A stretch of DNA of 64,000 nucleotides, from positions 17,369 through 81,368 of the forward strand of contig NW_021833260.1 of NCBI RefSeq assembly GCF_006345805.1, in the 5' to 3' direction. Below are positions 10,582 through 24,220 of the stretch, in pieces. The position numbers and the translations under genes were made by a program. The notes beneath the pieces were generated by a model, which saw only the letters and a list, made by a program, of their open reading frames with translations, did not search any database and was not told where the DNA came from. This stretch comes from Octopus sinensis (Eukaryota). The number at the start of each line of letters is the position of its first letter. Position 1 is the first letter of the stretch.

Positions 10582-11115
10582 TTGAGTTAGAGAGCTGTGC
10601 ATGCCATCAAAATGACACTGGGATAAAATATACGAAGCCCAGTATACCCATCATGACTACCCGTCTTATAAGGGTACACCAGACACATGCATCACAACCA
10701 TATGTGCGCGACATGGTGATCTCATATCAAGATAAACAGCGCATGACCTTGCAGGTGGGGCTCAGTTAGAATTTTCTTCTGGTCGAGTAACCTATCCCGC
10801 TCAAAATGTCCCTGAATAAGGATTGTTTAAGGATGTTGAACGAACCCCCCATGTTTCCAAAGATGAATTGTCCAAACCTCCAAGAATTCCTTTCAACACA
10901 CGGCTATGATTCTTCCCCACTACTTCTGCTCGTGGTCAGAGATGCTCATATCGTCAGCCACTAAGGGACATGCTCAACTGGTTAAGGTCAAACAACTGAC
11001 AAGCAAATCTGTGGTATTGAGCAGAATATTTGCTGTAGCCCATCTTTTATACCAAGACAAAACAATGCACATGATAACACTTCCAATCAGTTAACATCAG
11101 AAGACATGAGAGCCA
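10582..11115 (-). mobile_element. Unclassified TAA-tailed retroposon
   Basis: Reverse complement of 61164-61672. Further pieces at 26418-26637 and 48368-48395. The 3' end runs into (TAA)n. Confidence 0.7.
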
Positions 11116-11617
11116 TCATATATTATTATTGTTGTTGTTGTTGTTGCTGTTGTTGTTACTGTGTTGCAAAGTTGTTAGTACTATGCTGCTGATGATAATG
11201 TTGATGATGGTGTTTTCTTGTGCTTGTGTGTTTTCTGTGAACATGAATGTAAATCAACATGTATGAAATATATATATATTAACTGTTTTGCGTTCTAATA
11301 TTCTGTTTCCATTGTCTTTTATGGTGAATACCATTTGTTATTGTTTATTATTCTTATTAGTATTCGCTAACAGATTGACAGAACTGTTAGAGTGCCACAG
11401 AAACCCTTTCTGGATCTATTTTTATTTCAAAATAACCTGTTCCACCTTTACCTATATCTTTACCAAATAAAGAAAATCCTTACACAATACGGTAGTTTTT
11501 TCAGATATAAAAAATATTACAGTTATACATAATTGACCAAAAGTTTTAAATATGAAGGATAAATAAATTGTTAGTCTTAGGCAATCCAATTAGATATTGA
11601 AACTTCATTCAGTTATA

Positions 11618-13105
11618 TTAATAGTACTCTAATAAGTTGTGAATCTGGAAGTCAAAGTCCCAGAGATCTTTTGCCTTCCCCTTTTCGTCCATTACTTTTT
11701 CCAGTGTATGTTTATATGAAGCACCCGTTACCCCGTATCCATACTTTCGACGTAGCAGCCAATGAAAGTTTTGGGTTACCTTGTCGCGTCTGCGCTTGTT
11801 CTCTTTCTGCGCAAGATTTTCACAAGCACTAACAATACGATTCACGCTTTCGACCCTCTTCTCATACTTTCTGCAGAGGTTCATTGCATTTGTGTGTTAT
11901 ATATCCTTTTTCCCTGAGTTGGTATTCAATGCCTGAACCTGGGCTGCGATGATTTGGCTTTCAGTCTTCTTGTTGAGCCACCCCCATAATGCTTCCTGAT
12001 CTTTTAAGTTGTTAGTTTTCACGGTGAAACTGACCATGTAATTCCATACGAAGTATGGTTTCTTCACTCTCGTTGGTTATTCGTAATCGGAATTCATTAG
12101 CACTTTCAAGTCCATTTTTGGTAAATCCTCATGCATTTACAGTATACTTCAGCATGTCTTGTTTGCTGATTACCAAATATTCTGCCATGTTTCTTCTTTC
12201 ACTGTTGATGCACTCCCGTGCGCTAATCAGCCCACGTCTACCTTTACACCTTTTCATGTAGAGCCTGTGTACGTTCGCCTTAGGCTAGAGGGCACCATGC
12301 ATTGTCATTGCCTGGATGGGTGCACAGCAGCAGCCCATATGTAGATTGTAGTCATAAGGTTCCCTGAGTTGAGTTTTGACTTCAAGAGAAGTTTGAGGTG
12401 CTTCAAATAGCAGTAATGACTGTCTTCCATTTCTTTGTGCAAGATATTGTCCAGCTCCAGGATCCCATCATCATCCAGGTCTTCCATTCTCTCTCCGTTT
12501 GGCAATTCTATGCCTCTACAATCTGCTCTTTTCGCCCGTTTCAAAAGGAGCACCGCACACTTCGAGACACCGAATTCCATCCCTATATCGTTGCTGCACA
12601 TCTGCGCTGTCTCTCCATTTCAGGTTCTGTTTTTGTGAACAGTTTTAAATCATCCACGAAGAGAAGGTGGTTGAGACGAGATCCAGTGTCTCTCAGTTCA
12701 TAGAGCGCGTTGCCTTTGCGTAGGACCACAGAAAATGAGATCAAGGCAATAACAAATATTAATGAACAAGAGTCATCTAAGTGATGGTTGTTACAGAAAA
12801 GACGTGTTTTTCAACTAGGCATGCTGTTCTTAATCAGTGAATACATGTTCTCAGCTATTTCACACATGTCGAGTGTTTCCAAAATCCCCGAATGCGGCAA
12901 CTTGAAGTAAACCTTTTGAAAGACTATCCAGGCCATGCATAATTATTTGTGGGGACGGGGTATCGTTAGCAGTTCTTCCTTATAAAGAATTATCACAAGG
13001 TTGTCCTTGGTGTCTTTGGATGATTTTCGGCATCCCTTTTGTTCTTCTGGCAGTAGATTGTTTTCCGCAAGAAACGTATATATTTTTCCTGCGAGGATGC
13101 CTTTT
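11618..13105 (-). pseudogene. Degenerate R4/Dong-type reverse transcriptase / zinc-finger region
   Basis: LNHLLFVDDLKLF at ~12640-12678, GMEFGVSKCA, LLPEEQKGCR, and a decayed CCHC region (SACENLAQK...HWLL..KYG...LWDF). Confidence 0.8.
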
Positions 13106-13175
13106 AACACTTTATTGTTGTTGTTGTTTGAGCTATTGCATTCTACATTAGCTAGCAGAGCTGCTGTCTTGAGGT

Positions 13176-13560
13176 TTAGTGACAACATGTCTTCTCAAAT
13201 TTCGAGTCTTTCTTTGGAATCTCGTAGAATATAAGATGACACTTTCGGAAATTCAAAAATGCATATGTCTGTTTCCGCACCCTTCTTGGTAGCAGTTTGT
13301 ATGTCGTGCTAAGTGCACCAATTAACACAAGAACAACTGCCACCTTTGTCTTCCACAATCTTTTCATCTCTCTGCCGATATTTCACGATTTCCACTCTAC
13401 TATCATATGGCATGATCTATGATCCTACCTTCCTTGTTTCACCTTGCAGTTGGCTTCAATAGTATGGTCGGTCGTCAAATAGAAATCCTATAAAACCTTG
13501 TAGTTATCACTCACCATTATAGACTCTGGTTTGTGTTTCTACCATTTTTCTGTTTCTGTC
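13176..13560 (-). mobile_element. R4/Dong-type REL fragment
   Basis: MKRLWKTKVAVVLVLIGALST plus an upstream DF..TDHTIEAN-like segment. Confidence 0.55.
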
Positions 13561-13576
13561 AGTCAATTAATATTAT

Positions 13577-13707
13577 AATTATCATCATCATCATCATCAC
13601 CGTCATCATCACCGTCATTATCATCATCATCACCATCATCATCACCGTCATTATCATCATCATCATTATCATCACCGTCATTATCATCATTATCATCATC
13701 ATCACCG

Positions 13708-13741
<34 letters not shown>

Positions 13742-13839
13742 TCTCATCATCATCATCGTCGTCGTCATCAACATCAACATCATCATCATCATCATCAACA
13801 CCGTCATCATCATCATCATCAACATCATCACCACCACCG

Positions 13840-13875
<36 letters not shown>

Positions 13876-13908
13876 ACATCAACATCATCATCATCATCAT
13901 CATCATCG

Positions 13909-13987
<79 letters not shown>

Positions 13988-14051
13988 CATCCTCATCATC
14001 ATCATCGTCATCACCGTCATTATCATCACCATCATTATCATCATCATCATT

Positions 14052-14087
<36 letters not shown>

Positions 14088-14258
14088 GTCATAGTTGTGG
14101 TGGTGGTAGTGGTCGTCGTTTTTGTGTTGTTCTGTTGGCATCATCCTTATAAATATCTTTAATATTGCTATCAACATTATCATTATTATAATCATTATAA
14201 CTGTTTTTATTATAGGAAATATAACAGTTGTGTTCATATTATCATCATCATCATCCTC

Positions 14259-14289
<31 letters not shown>

Positions 14290-14795
14290 TCATCGTCATC
14301 ATCATCATCGTCATCATCATCATCATCATCATCATCATCGTCATCATCATCATCGTCATCATCATCATCATCATCCTCATCATCATCGTCGTCGTCGTCA
14401 TCATCATCATCGTCATCATCATAATCATCATTCTCATCATTATCATCGTCGTCGTCATCATCATCATCGTCATCATCATCATCATCCTCATCATCATCAT
14501 CATTGTCGTCATCATCATCATCGTCATCATCATCATCATCATCCTCATCATCATCGTCGTCGTCGTCATCATCATCATCGTCATCATCATAATCATCATT
14601 CTCATCATCATCATCGTCGTCGTCATCATCATCATCGTCATCATCATCATCATCCTCATCATCATCATCATCGTCGTCATCATCATCATCGTCATCATCA
14701 TCATCATCATTCTCATCATCATCATCGTCGTCGTCGTCATCATCATCACCATCATCATCACCATCATCATCATCATCATCATCATCATCGTCATT
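13577..14795. repeat. Long degenerate (ATC)n microsatellite
   Basis: Direct reading. Source of the poly-D/H/M/I ORFs. Confidence 0.95.
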
Positions 14796-14995
14796 ATAAT
14801 TGTTGTTGTAATCGTTTATCATCCGTTTCCAAATTATCCTCATAATTCAGTTATCTCTGTATTCAATTCGTTTTTCCTCCCGCGGCACAAAGCTTATCAG
14901 TATGTGCCTCATTCACAAGATATTTGTGTGTACATATCAGAATGTGATATATGTGTGATTATGTGTGCGCGTGTGTCTGTGTGTATGCGAATGAA

Positions 14996-15027
<32 letters not shown>

Positions 15028-15304
15028 TGTATCTATGTGGATGGTAGATATGTGAAAGTGTGTTCGTATGTAAGTGTGAATGTGTGCTTCCGCTTTGTTG
15101 TAAGGCCCCCTACATAGAATAATTTCTCTTGTTAAAGGAAATTTTAAGGAAAACGCTAATCGTCCAATTGCAAAAAATATAAAGGATAACCGTGCTTACC
15201 AATTCTTGCTTAAATATTCAAACCCTGAGAAATGTTTTATACTTGGTGTCTTGTTTATTATAAGACATGAACCCCGGCCACCAGTTGATTAAATACTGCA
15301 TTTA

Positions 15305-15669
15305 TCTCTCCATATATAAAAGGCAAAATGTCTGTCTGTGTATGTGTATGTATCCTTTATACAAATTCACAATTTTTCAGTTAGAGGGCTCGCACTTTCT
15401 ATGGTCATTTAAAACCGTCCAAGGGTGGTCATGCACATCTTTACATTTCCCCAGTCACCCCGCAAAGCCTTCAAAAAATCAATAGAAGTGACTTTTTTGT
15501 GAATTTTCTATCCAAAATCCAATCAAAATGCCCGAAACTTGATACGCCAATTGAATGTCAAATAGCTTGGTCGGAGATTTGGACAGTACTCGCGTGTATG
15601 TGCACACGCACGCAGCTGTATATGCATGAACTAGCACTATGACTCGGCGTTGCCGGGTCATAGTGATAG
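15305..15669 (+). mobile_element. Non-autonomous Helitron-like element
   Basis: A|TCtctccatatataaaagg 5' end followed by (gtct) repeats. Terminal palindrome at 15631-15669. Confidence 0.6.
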
Positions 15670-16009
15670 CATCGGCTAAAATGTTTATAGCATCTAGCTA
15701 GAGTATATAACTTGCATACAATAGAACGAATGGTGCTCCACAGAGTGGTCGTGAACAGAACTCAGAGCTATAAGATGCAGGTGAACTGTAGTGAGATGTT
15801 TAAGTCCAAGTGGCATTTTACATAAATGCAGGTATGTAATTTATTTATTATTAAATATAATAATATAAATTATTTGCATGTTTTAAGCTACGAAACAATT
15901 CGTTGTAGTATTAGAATTTTCTTATTGTTAAATAAAATTTCCTAAAACTACTTGTCTGTCATTACCCTTGTGGGTAATAAAGAAATAGGTAGTTGTAGTA
16001 GTTGTGGAT

Positions 16010-16187
16010 GTGGTGGAGGTGGTGGTGGTAGTAGTAGTAGTAGTAGTTGTTGTTGTTGTAGTTGTAGTTGTAGTAGTAGTATAGTAGTAGTAGTAGTAGT
16101 AGTATAGTAGTAGTAGTAGTAGTAGTAAGTAGTAGTAGTAGTAAGTAGTAGTAGTAGTAGTAGTAGTAAGTAGTAGTAGTAGTAGTA

Positions 16188-16222
<35 letters not shown>
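16010..16222. repeat. (TAG)n microsatellite
   Basis: Direct reading. Confidence 0.9.
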
Positions 16223-16223
<1 letters not shown>

Positions 16224-17406
16224 AGATCTTATTGTTATAATGATTACGGTTTTTTTTTCTTTCCTACTTCAGCCTCTTATTGGAAATTGTACTCCCAAAT
16301 AGCACAGTATGTGCATAGAGTCCGATACAAACGCTCAATCAAGTCTACCTGAAGTTTTAAGCAACTACAATAACGACAACAACAACAGCAACAATACGTT
16401 ACCCAGGTAATAATCACAAGAGAAATAAACGAGCGACATCCTGAGGCATGTCTGTGTAAACAGATAAAGAAATTTAGCCAAAACAAGAAAATATCTCAAA
16501 GACTTTCGGTGATTGCATTTGACAAGGACAATGTTCGAAAAGAAGTGAATAATTTCTAAAAATGGACTTTCTTAGAGAATTTGGTGTATATAAGTCAAAA
16601 ATATCTCCATGATAACGGGATGAATAAAATGGAGAAAAAATGAATGCGGATTCTATTCTTTGACGTTTAATTAGTGAAAAAAAAAAGAATCTATAAGATT
16701 TGTAGGTTCTTTTTTTCTTTTTTTTTTCTTAGATTTGTAAGACTAAAGCAGGCAGTGTTCAATCTGAACATATTTAGCTCGTCTCCTATGCTTCTCTCGT
16801 TTACTATACTTTTAGGTTGTTCTACGCTTTCAACGTTTTCTCTACTTACATCGGCCAAAGAAAATAAATAACCATTCTGTTTTTGTTTGCTTCGATTCTG
16901 CATCACTTCATTTGTAAACTCCAGCTTGTTGAATTCACACATTCAGCTGTCCAATACCTGATGCATAGATTCACAACCTTGGGCCCAATCCATTATAAGC
17001 ATACGGCAGTATTTTCACACAACAGCCATCATCTGTTTCGACCACATTCATCACCATGTCCTTATCCGTCTCTTGGATTCGACTCTTATTCCCTATAACT
17101 GCTCAGCTGACATCTCATTTGTGCTCCTCTTTTTCTCCAAATTAAGATTACGCATCATCATACTCTTAACAAATTTCTTTCGATCCTCATTAGATATTCC
17201 ACAACCAATGCTTGTCTTACTGGCGCTGACATTACTACGCCTTATAACCAGTAAAGGTAACATGTCGCTAAATTTTATCTGCCCCTCTGTTTACTGTATA
17301 CAAGAATCCCCTGCTACATTCATCCCCAACGTAACATACCTGATAGAATCTATTCATTGCTTTGGCTAACTGTTTCAGGTTCTCTATGTGACTGTTTAAT
17401 CATGTC

Positions 17407-18437
17407 ATGTACAAAAGAAGCCTTGCAAACTCTGAATTTCAGAGACAAAGAGACAGCATTGTGGGTCATTCTGAAAGGTGGGCATAGTGTAAAATCGCTG
17501 AAAACCTTGGGATCCCACATTCTACAGTTAACAGAGTGAGTGTGCAATTCACCAGCGAGAGGAAGAAGTCCACATCACTTCGTCTAGATCAACCAGCACC
17601 CTTTGATAGGACCCTTCTCTTTGTTAAGAGAAGTGTGGAGGATAATCCTCGTTGCAAGGCCTCTGACATAGCAGAACAAGTTGATGTCAGTTGCAGAACT
17701 GCCGTCAGGTATCTCCACAAACTTGATCACTATAGCAGAGCAGTAAGAAGTACGTCTTCGACCAGCCAACATCAAGCGGGGAAAAGATTGGGCCAGTGAG
17801 ATGGTGGAGAGGCCACTAGCATTTTGGGACATTGTCATATTCTCTGTTAATCCCAGATTTACTGTATTTCCTGACAGTGGTCGAGTGTGGGTGGAGAGAC
17901 TCTGTGATCAAGAATTTGATGTGAAAAGATTGCAGCCAACAATGAAACACGGAAGCTGTTCTGTGATGGTCTGGGGAGCAATTGGGAGCAATGGTTGATC
18001 AGAGCTGGTGGAGTGTGATGGAAACAGAAACTCAGATAAATATGTGTCCGTATTGCAGAAAGAATTCCTTCCAATCTTCTCCAGTGGTGAAATGATTAAA
18101 GAAGACTCTTTATTCATGGAAGATGGGCTTCCTTGTCACACAGCTAAAAATGACCCAAGATCTGTTGGGTGAGAATGGCACTAAAAAGCTTCCATGGCCA
18201 AGCCAGTCACCAGATATGGACCCTATTGAACATCTCTGGGGCATGATGGACCGGACATTTCTTAAACAGAACAAGAAAGCATCTTCAAGGCTAGGTCTTT
18301 TGAGATTAGTGCATGAAACTTGGCAAGAAATTCTGCAAGAGAATATTCCTCAACTGATCAATAACATGCCTAATAGGGTCCTTGCATTGAAAAAGGCAAA
18401 GGGTGTGTCTACTAAATATCAAATATTCACATTATAA
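17407..18437 (+). pseudogene. Tc1-like DDE transposase, frameshifted
   Basis: HTH ([14 protein letters not shown]), [42 protein letters not shown] and AKGVSTKY, spread across ORFs 17536, 17801 and 18123. TIRs not recognised. Confidence 0.9.
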
Positions 18438-18517
18438 CAATTAATAAATAATTTGAATGTATAATTTCAGATTAAAATAAATTTTAATGATTATAAGGCA
18501 GTCAATTTACTTCTGTC

Positions 18518-18551
<34 letters not shown>

Positions 18552-18955
18552 GTGTGTGTGTGTGTATGTGTGTTTGTGTGTGTGTGTGTGGTGTGTGTGT
18601 GTGTGTGTGTGTGTGTAGGAAATATTGTATTATTAGGATAATGGATCTTGATGCTTCAAATAATAAGATATTAATGATAGTGTTTAAATATTAGGTTAAA
18701 ATCCATTTGGATTATCGAGAATTCGAAAGTCACCCGTAATACGCGAACTCACGTATGCAAATATTACAGGCATACATTTTGCCAAAGCAATCCGTCGAAT
18801 TTCTTCGTCCATTCTAGAAATTCTATTCTTCCAGCCGAGAATTATATGCTTTGGTACAAAGGTTGAATTCCTGTCATGTTTACAGGAAATTTGGGTTCGA
18901 GACACACTAGTAGATATCGATTTTTTCTTCCATCCAAAGGTTCTTTAGAAATCCA

Positions 18956-19180
18956 TTACTCTTTACTCTCTTTACTCTTTTACTTGTTTCACTCATGTGA
19001 CTGTGGCCATGCTGGAACACCGCCATTAGTCGAGCAAATCGACCCAGGAATTATTCTTTGTAAGCCTAGTACTTATTGTATCGCTTTCTTTTGCCGAACC
19101 GCTAGCTTACGGGGACGTAAACACACCACCATCGGTTGTCAAGCGATGTTGGCGTCGGACAAACACAGACACACAAACAT

Positions 19181-19254
<74 letters not shown>

Positions 19255-19410
19255 CGACGGGCTTCTTTCAGTTTCCGTCTACCAAATCCACTCACAAGGC
19301 TTTGGTCGGCATGAGGCTATAGTAGAAGACACTTTGCCCAAAGTGCCACGCAGTGAGATTGAACCCGGAACCAAGGGGTTGGTAAGCAAGGTACGTACCA
19401 CACAGCCACT
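18956..19410 (-). mobile_element. SINE family A, near full length
   Basis: Reverse complement of 24221-24627 with an internal (CA)/(TA) microsatellite. Confidence 0.85.
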
Positions 19411-19426
19411 ATACGTTATATATATA

Positions 19427-19477
<51 letters not shown>

Positions 19478-19512
19478 TATATATATATATACATATACAT
19501 ATATATATACAT

Positions 19513-19573
<61 letters not shown>

Positions 19574-19876
19574 ATATATATATATATATACATATATGTA
19601 TATGTGGGTATTTTTGTGTGTATGTGTATGCACGAATGCATATGTATGCATATATTTGCTTCAGCAAATGTTTGTGCGTTTGTGTGTGTGTGTGTGTGGT
19701 GTGTGTGTGTGTGTGCATGCATGATACTTCTGTAGCTCGTATATGTCCATGTACGTGAATAGTGAATATGCTTCGGGATAGAATAGTAATATTACCCTCA
19801 GCTACTCTATTTCTTTCAATGAACAAGCGTAAGCACATCTCTATTCATAACTCTCCCCCATCTCTTTCTCTCTCTC

Positions 19877-19923
<47 letters not shown>

Positions 19924-20414
19924 GCATGCATGCGTCTGTGCTGTTATGGATGCGTGTGTACGCATGCTTTTTCGTCTAAGTGCGTGCGTTTGTTAGCATT
20001 TGTGTTTTGTCATTCGGAATTAATTCTTCTGATAATGACAGAAACCATGTTTGCCTACGTGGAGCGGTAGCAAGGTCGGGAGTCTTGTTTTCCGCCATTG
20101 TAACAATGCATTCGAGTTGGTTACGCCAGCTCTGACTACTTAGGTTTAATAGTCAAACACCAACGCTCTAATCAGATTTACCGTTAATGAAGAGGAGTAG
20201 AAGTGCAGTATGTGTGTGTGTTTGTGTGTGTGGGTGTGGGTGTGGGTGTGGGGATGAGTGGGTGGTGGTGGTGGTGGTGGTGGTGGTGGGAGAGGAAGAC
20301 CGGGACCGGGACCGGGGTCGGCGCATACTATCAAGCGAAACTGTTTCTTAATCAATAAAAATTAAATCTGCCAACTTCCATGATTTTAGCGATCAAGATT
20401 CTGGATAGCGCCCG

Positions 20415-21006
20415 AGGAGTAGGAGGAGGAAGAGGAGGGGGACAGAAGAAGGTAACAAGAACGAAAAGGAAGGAGGGGAGGAAGGAAGGAAGGAGAGGAA
20501 GAATAGGAGAAGGAAGAGGAGGAAGAAGAGACGAAGAAAGAAGAAAACGATAGAAGTGATGAGGAGGAGGGTGACAATCGTCATCAGTATCATCCTCCTC
20601 CTCATCATTATCATGGTGCGTAGGAAGAAAAAGAAGAAGAAAAGATATAGAAGAAGAAGAGATAGAAGAAGAAGGAGGAGAAGAAGAAGAAGAAAAGGAA
20701 GAAGAAGAAAAGGAAGAAGTTTGTAAAAAAGATGAAGTAGAAGAAAAAGAAGAGAGAAAAAGAAAGAAAGAAAGAAAGAAAAGAAGAAAGAAAGGAAGAT
20801 AGAAAGAAAGAAGAAAATAAAAAGAAAGAGAGAAAGAAAGAAAAAGAAGAAAAAGAAGAAAAAGAAGAAAGGAAATAAGAAAAATAAAAAGAAAGAAAGA
20901 AAGAAACGGCGAAGTAATGCAAAAAAAAACCATCTGAAAATAAAGGTGAAGCATACCAGACAGACCAAAAAATAAAAAAAAAATGCAGTAAAGCGATGTG
21001 AAGAAC

Positions 21007-21050
<44 letters not shown>

Positions 21051-21960
21051 TAAGAACAGCAACAACAACATCATGAGAAGCAAAATGACAGAAGCACATT
21101 AATAATAATAATAAAAAAAAGAAGATGATAAAACAAGAACAACAACAACACGATTATCAAACAGAGAAAGAAAGAAAAAAATATATATTTTGCGCAAAAA
21201 GATGTAAAACAAGTAAAGATGCTGAGTCGTTTCAGAGCAATATGTTGTGAGATGTAATTGGAAGGAAGAAGAAGAAGATTTGTGAAGAAATAATCAAATC
21301 CTATGGTAACGTATTTAGTGTTTTTAGCTATTGACTGTGACGCCGCCGCCGCCACCAATGGCACCAGCGGCGCCTAACCGTTACCATCACCAAAACCACC
21401 ACAACCACTATAAACACCACCACCACCACCACCACCACAACCACTGCCCCAGTAATATACTACCGCTACCACCACCGTCAGCGATAAGGCTTAAGCGTCA
21501 GCACCTTCGACACCACCGACATTATGATGATGATGATGATGATGATGACGATGTTGATGATGACGATGATGATTTTCCTCCTCCTCCTCCTCATCATCAT
21601 CATCATCGTTATCCTCCTCATCATCGTCATCATCATCATCGTCATCATGATACTCTACCATAATAACCATCAGCATCACCATCACCATCATCATCGCCAT
21701 CGTCATCATCATCATCATCATCATCATCGTCATCATCATCATCATGATGATACTCTATCATAATAACCATCATCATCACCATTGCCATCGTCATAATCAT
21801 CATCGTCATCACCATCATCATCATCATCATCATCATCGTCATCATCATTGTCAGCGTCATCGTCATCATCATCATCGTCATCGTCGTCGTCATCAGCATC
21901 ATCATCATCATCATCATCGTCATCATCATCATCATCATCACCACCACCATCATCATTCCT
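20415..21960. repeat. Purine-rich and (CAT)/(CAC)n low-complexity region
   Basis: Direct reading. Confidence 0.85.
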
Positions 21961-22118
21961 CTCCTATGTCTTTGCTATTCCTGCTGATCTTGTTGTTGTT
22001 GTTACTGATGCTGTTGTTGCAGTGAACAATCCTTTTAGTGTTTTATATATTGTCTTTCTAATTCGCATACGTATACGCATGAGACTGAATGTGTACGGAT
22101 ATACGACTATAGTTGTAG

Positions 22119-22158
<40 letters not shown>

Positions 22159-22365
22159 ATGTGTGTGTGAGTGTGTGTGTGTATGTGTGTGAGAGTGTGT
22201 GTGTGTGTGTATGTGTGTGTGAGTGTGTGTGTATATCTGTATGTGTGTGTGCATGTAAGAATGTGTACATATGTGTATATATGTGCCTGTCTACATACCT
22301 TTACACTTACGCATTATCGTCTTTTTGTGATACTGTTTAGGTGTACACACACTAAGCTTACAAAC

Positions 22366-23163
22366 ATTCTTTTCTAATCTAGGCACAAGGCCCGAAATTT
22401 TGGGGAACAGGCCAGTCGATTAGGTCGACCCCAGTACGCAACTGGTACTCTTGTATATGAAAAGCAAAGTCAACCTCGGCGGAATTTGAACCCAGAACGT
22501 AAAGACAGATGAAATATCGCTAAGCACTTAGCACGGTGTGCTAACAATCTTGCCAACTCGACGCCTTAAGAAAATTAAGAATAATATTCTTTTCTACTCT
22601 AGGCACAAGGCCCGGAATTTTGGGGGGAGGTAACCAGTCGATTAGGTCGACCCCAGTACGCAACTAGTACTCTTGTATATGAAAGGCAAAGTCAACCTCG
22701 GCGGAATTTGAACCCAGAACGTAAAGACTGATGAAATATCGCTAAGCACTTCGCACGGTGTGCTAACAATCTTGCCAACTCGACGTCTTGAGAAAATTAA
22801 GAATAATATTCTTTTCTACTCTAGGCAGAAGGCCCGGAATTTTGGGGGAGGTAACCAGTCGATTAGGTCGACCCCAGTACGCAACTGGTACTCTTGTATA
22901 TGAAAGGCAAAGTCAACCTCGGCGGAATTTGAACCCAGAACGTAAAGACAGATGAAATATCGCTAAGCACTTCGCACGGTGTGCTAACAATCTTGCCAAC
23001 TCGACGCCTTAAGAAAATTAAGAATAATATTCTTTTCTACTCTTGGCACAAAGCCTGGAATTTTGGGGGGAGGTAACCAGTCGATTAGGTCGACCCCAGT
23101 ACGCAACTGGTACTTAATTTATTGATCCCGAAAGAATGAAAGGCAAAGTCGACCTCGGCGGAA
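22366..23163 (-). repeat. Tandem array of ~221-bp SINE-B-derived units (3.6 copies)
   Basis: Unit starts at 22366, 22586, 22808 and 23029. Confidence 0.9.
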
Positions 23164-23221
23164 CACACTGATCATATTGTATAACGTTCAGGTGTTTATC
23201 CATCTGCTATACACTTTTGTA

Positions 23222-23604
23222 GAGGCGCAATGGCCCAGTGGTTAGGGCAGCGGACTCGCAGTCATAGGATCGCGGTTTCGATTCCTAGACCGGGCGTTGT
23301 GAGTGTTTATTGAGCGAAAACACCTAAAAGCTCCACGAGGCTCCGGCAGGGGATGGTGGTGATCCCTGCTGTACTCTTTCACCACAACTTTCTCTCACTC
23401 TTGCTTCCTGTTTCTGTTGTACCTGTATTTCAAGGGGCTGGCCTTGTCACTCTCTGTGTCACGCTGAATATCCCCGAGAACTACGTTAAGGGTGCACGTG
23501 TCTGTGGAGTGCTCAGCCACTTACACGTTAATTTCACGAGCAGGCTGTTCCGTTGATTCGGATCAACCGGAACCCTCATCGTCGTAACCGACGGAGTGCT
23601 TCCA
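23222..23604 (+). mobile_element. tRNA-derived SINE family C (Arg-like head, possibly the octopus OR type)
   Basis: A box tggcccagtggttagg, cggactcg anticodon-like arm, B box ggtttcgattcc. Other copies at 49501-49877, 45362-45692, 36107-36370 and 62960-63245. Confidence 0.85.
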
Positions 23605-23683
23605 TCCATACATTATCATGCTGATGTATTGGTTTTTAAACAATGATCTTATACACGCTAAACGTGCTGAGTTATGATACTGT

Positions 23684-23910
23684 TTAACCCTTTAGTATTT
23701 AAACCTGCCATATCCGGCCAAAATATTTAATCTGTTTTATATTCAAACTGACCAGATCCAGGCTCTCACACCTACCCTACAATGTTATTCTACATTAAGT
23801 AATTACGCCATCAAGATCTTGAAGATATGAGATAATGCACGATTAATTCAAATCAATGTGAATCAATAAGCATTATGTTTGATAGAATAATCTGAACACC
23901 AAAGGGTTAA
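23684..23910 (+). mobile_element. piggyBac-like MITE
   Basis: TTAA|CCCTTTAG ... CCAAAGGG|TTAA termini. Confidence 0.75.
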
Positions 23911-24220
23911 GTGTGTATAACTGTGATCAAAGTCATGCTGATGGCTATGTGTTTAAACACTGAACACTTGGTTGTAAACGTGCTTAAGTGTTTACGTATG
24001 TCATACGCCATGCCATGCATCGATCGCCCAACTCTTGGACGAAGTCTTAGGGACGACAACGGCATGATATACGGCGTGTCTTAGGCACCTTTTTAGATCT
24101 GACGGAACCAATCCTTCCACAGCGGTGACCAGAGCCGAATTAATCTAGAAGAAAAGAAAGAAACAAACAGTAAAAAAAAACTCAGTGAAACGAGCAGAGA
24201 ATGGCTTTGTTAAACTATAC

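Noticed and set aside
13533-14845. Poly-Asp/His/Met/Ile ORFs up to 426 aa
   Set aside because: (ATC)n microsatellite, open in most frames by composition.
19787-19795. Geminivirus-type nonanucleotide TAATATTAC
   Set aside because: No flanking stem, 15 kb from the Rep fragments, and expected by chance in AT-rich DNA.
23222-23295. tRNA gene
   Set aside because: tRNA-like head continues into a SINE body seen in multiple copies; no proper cloverleaf or terminator.
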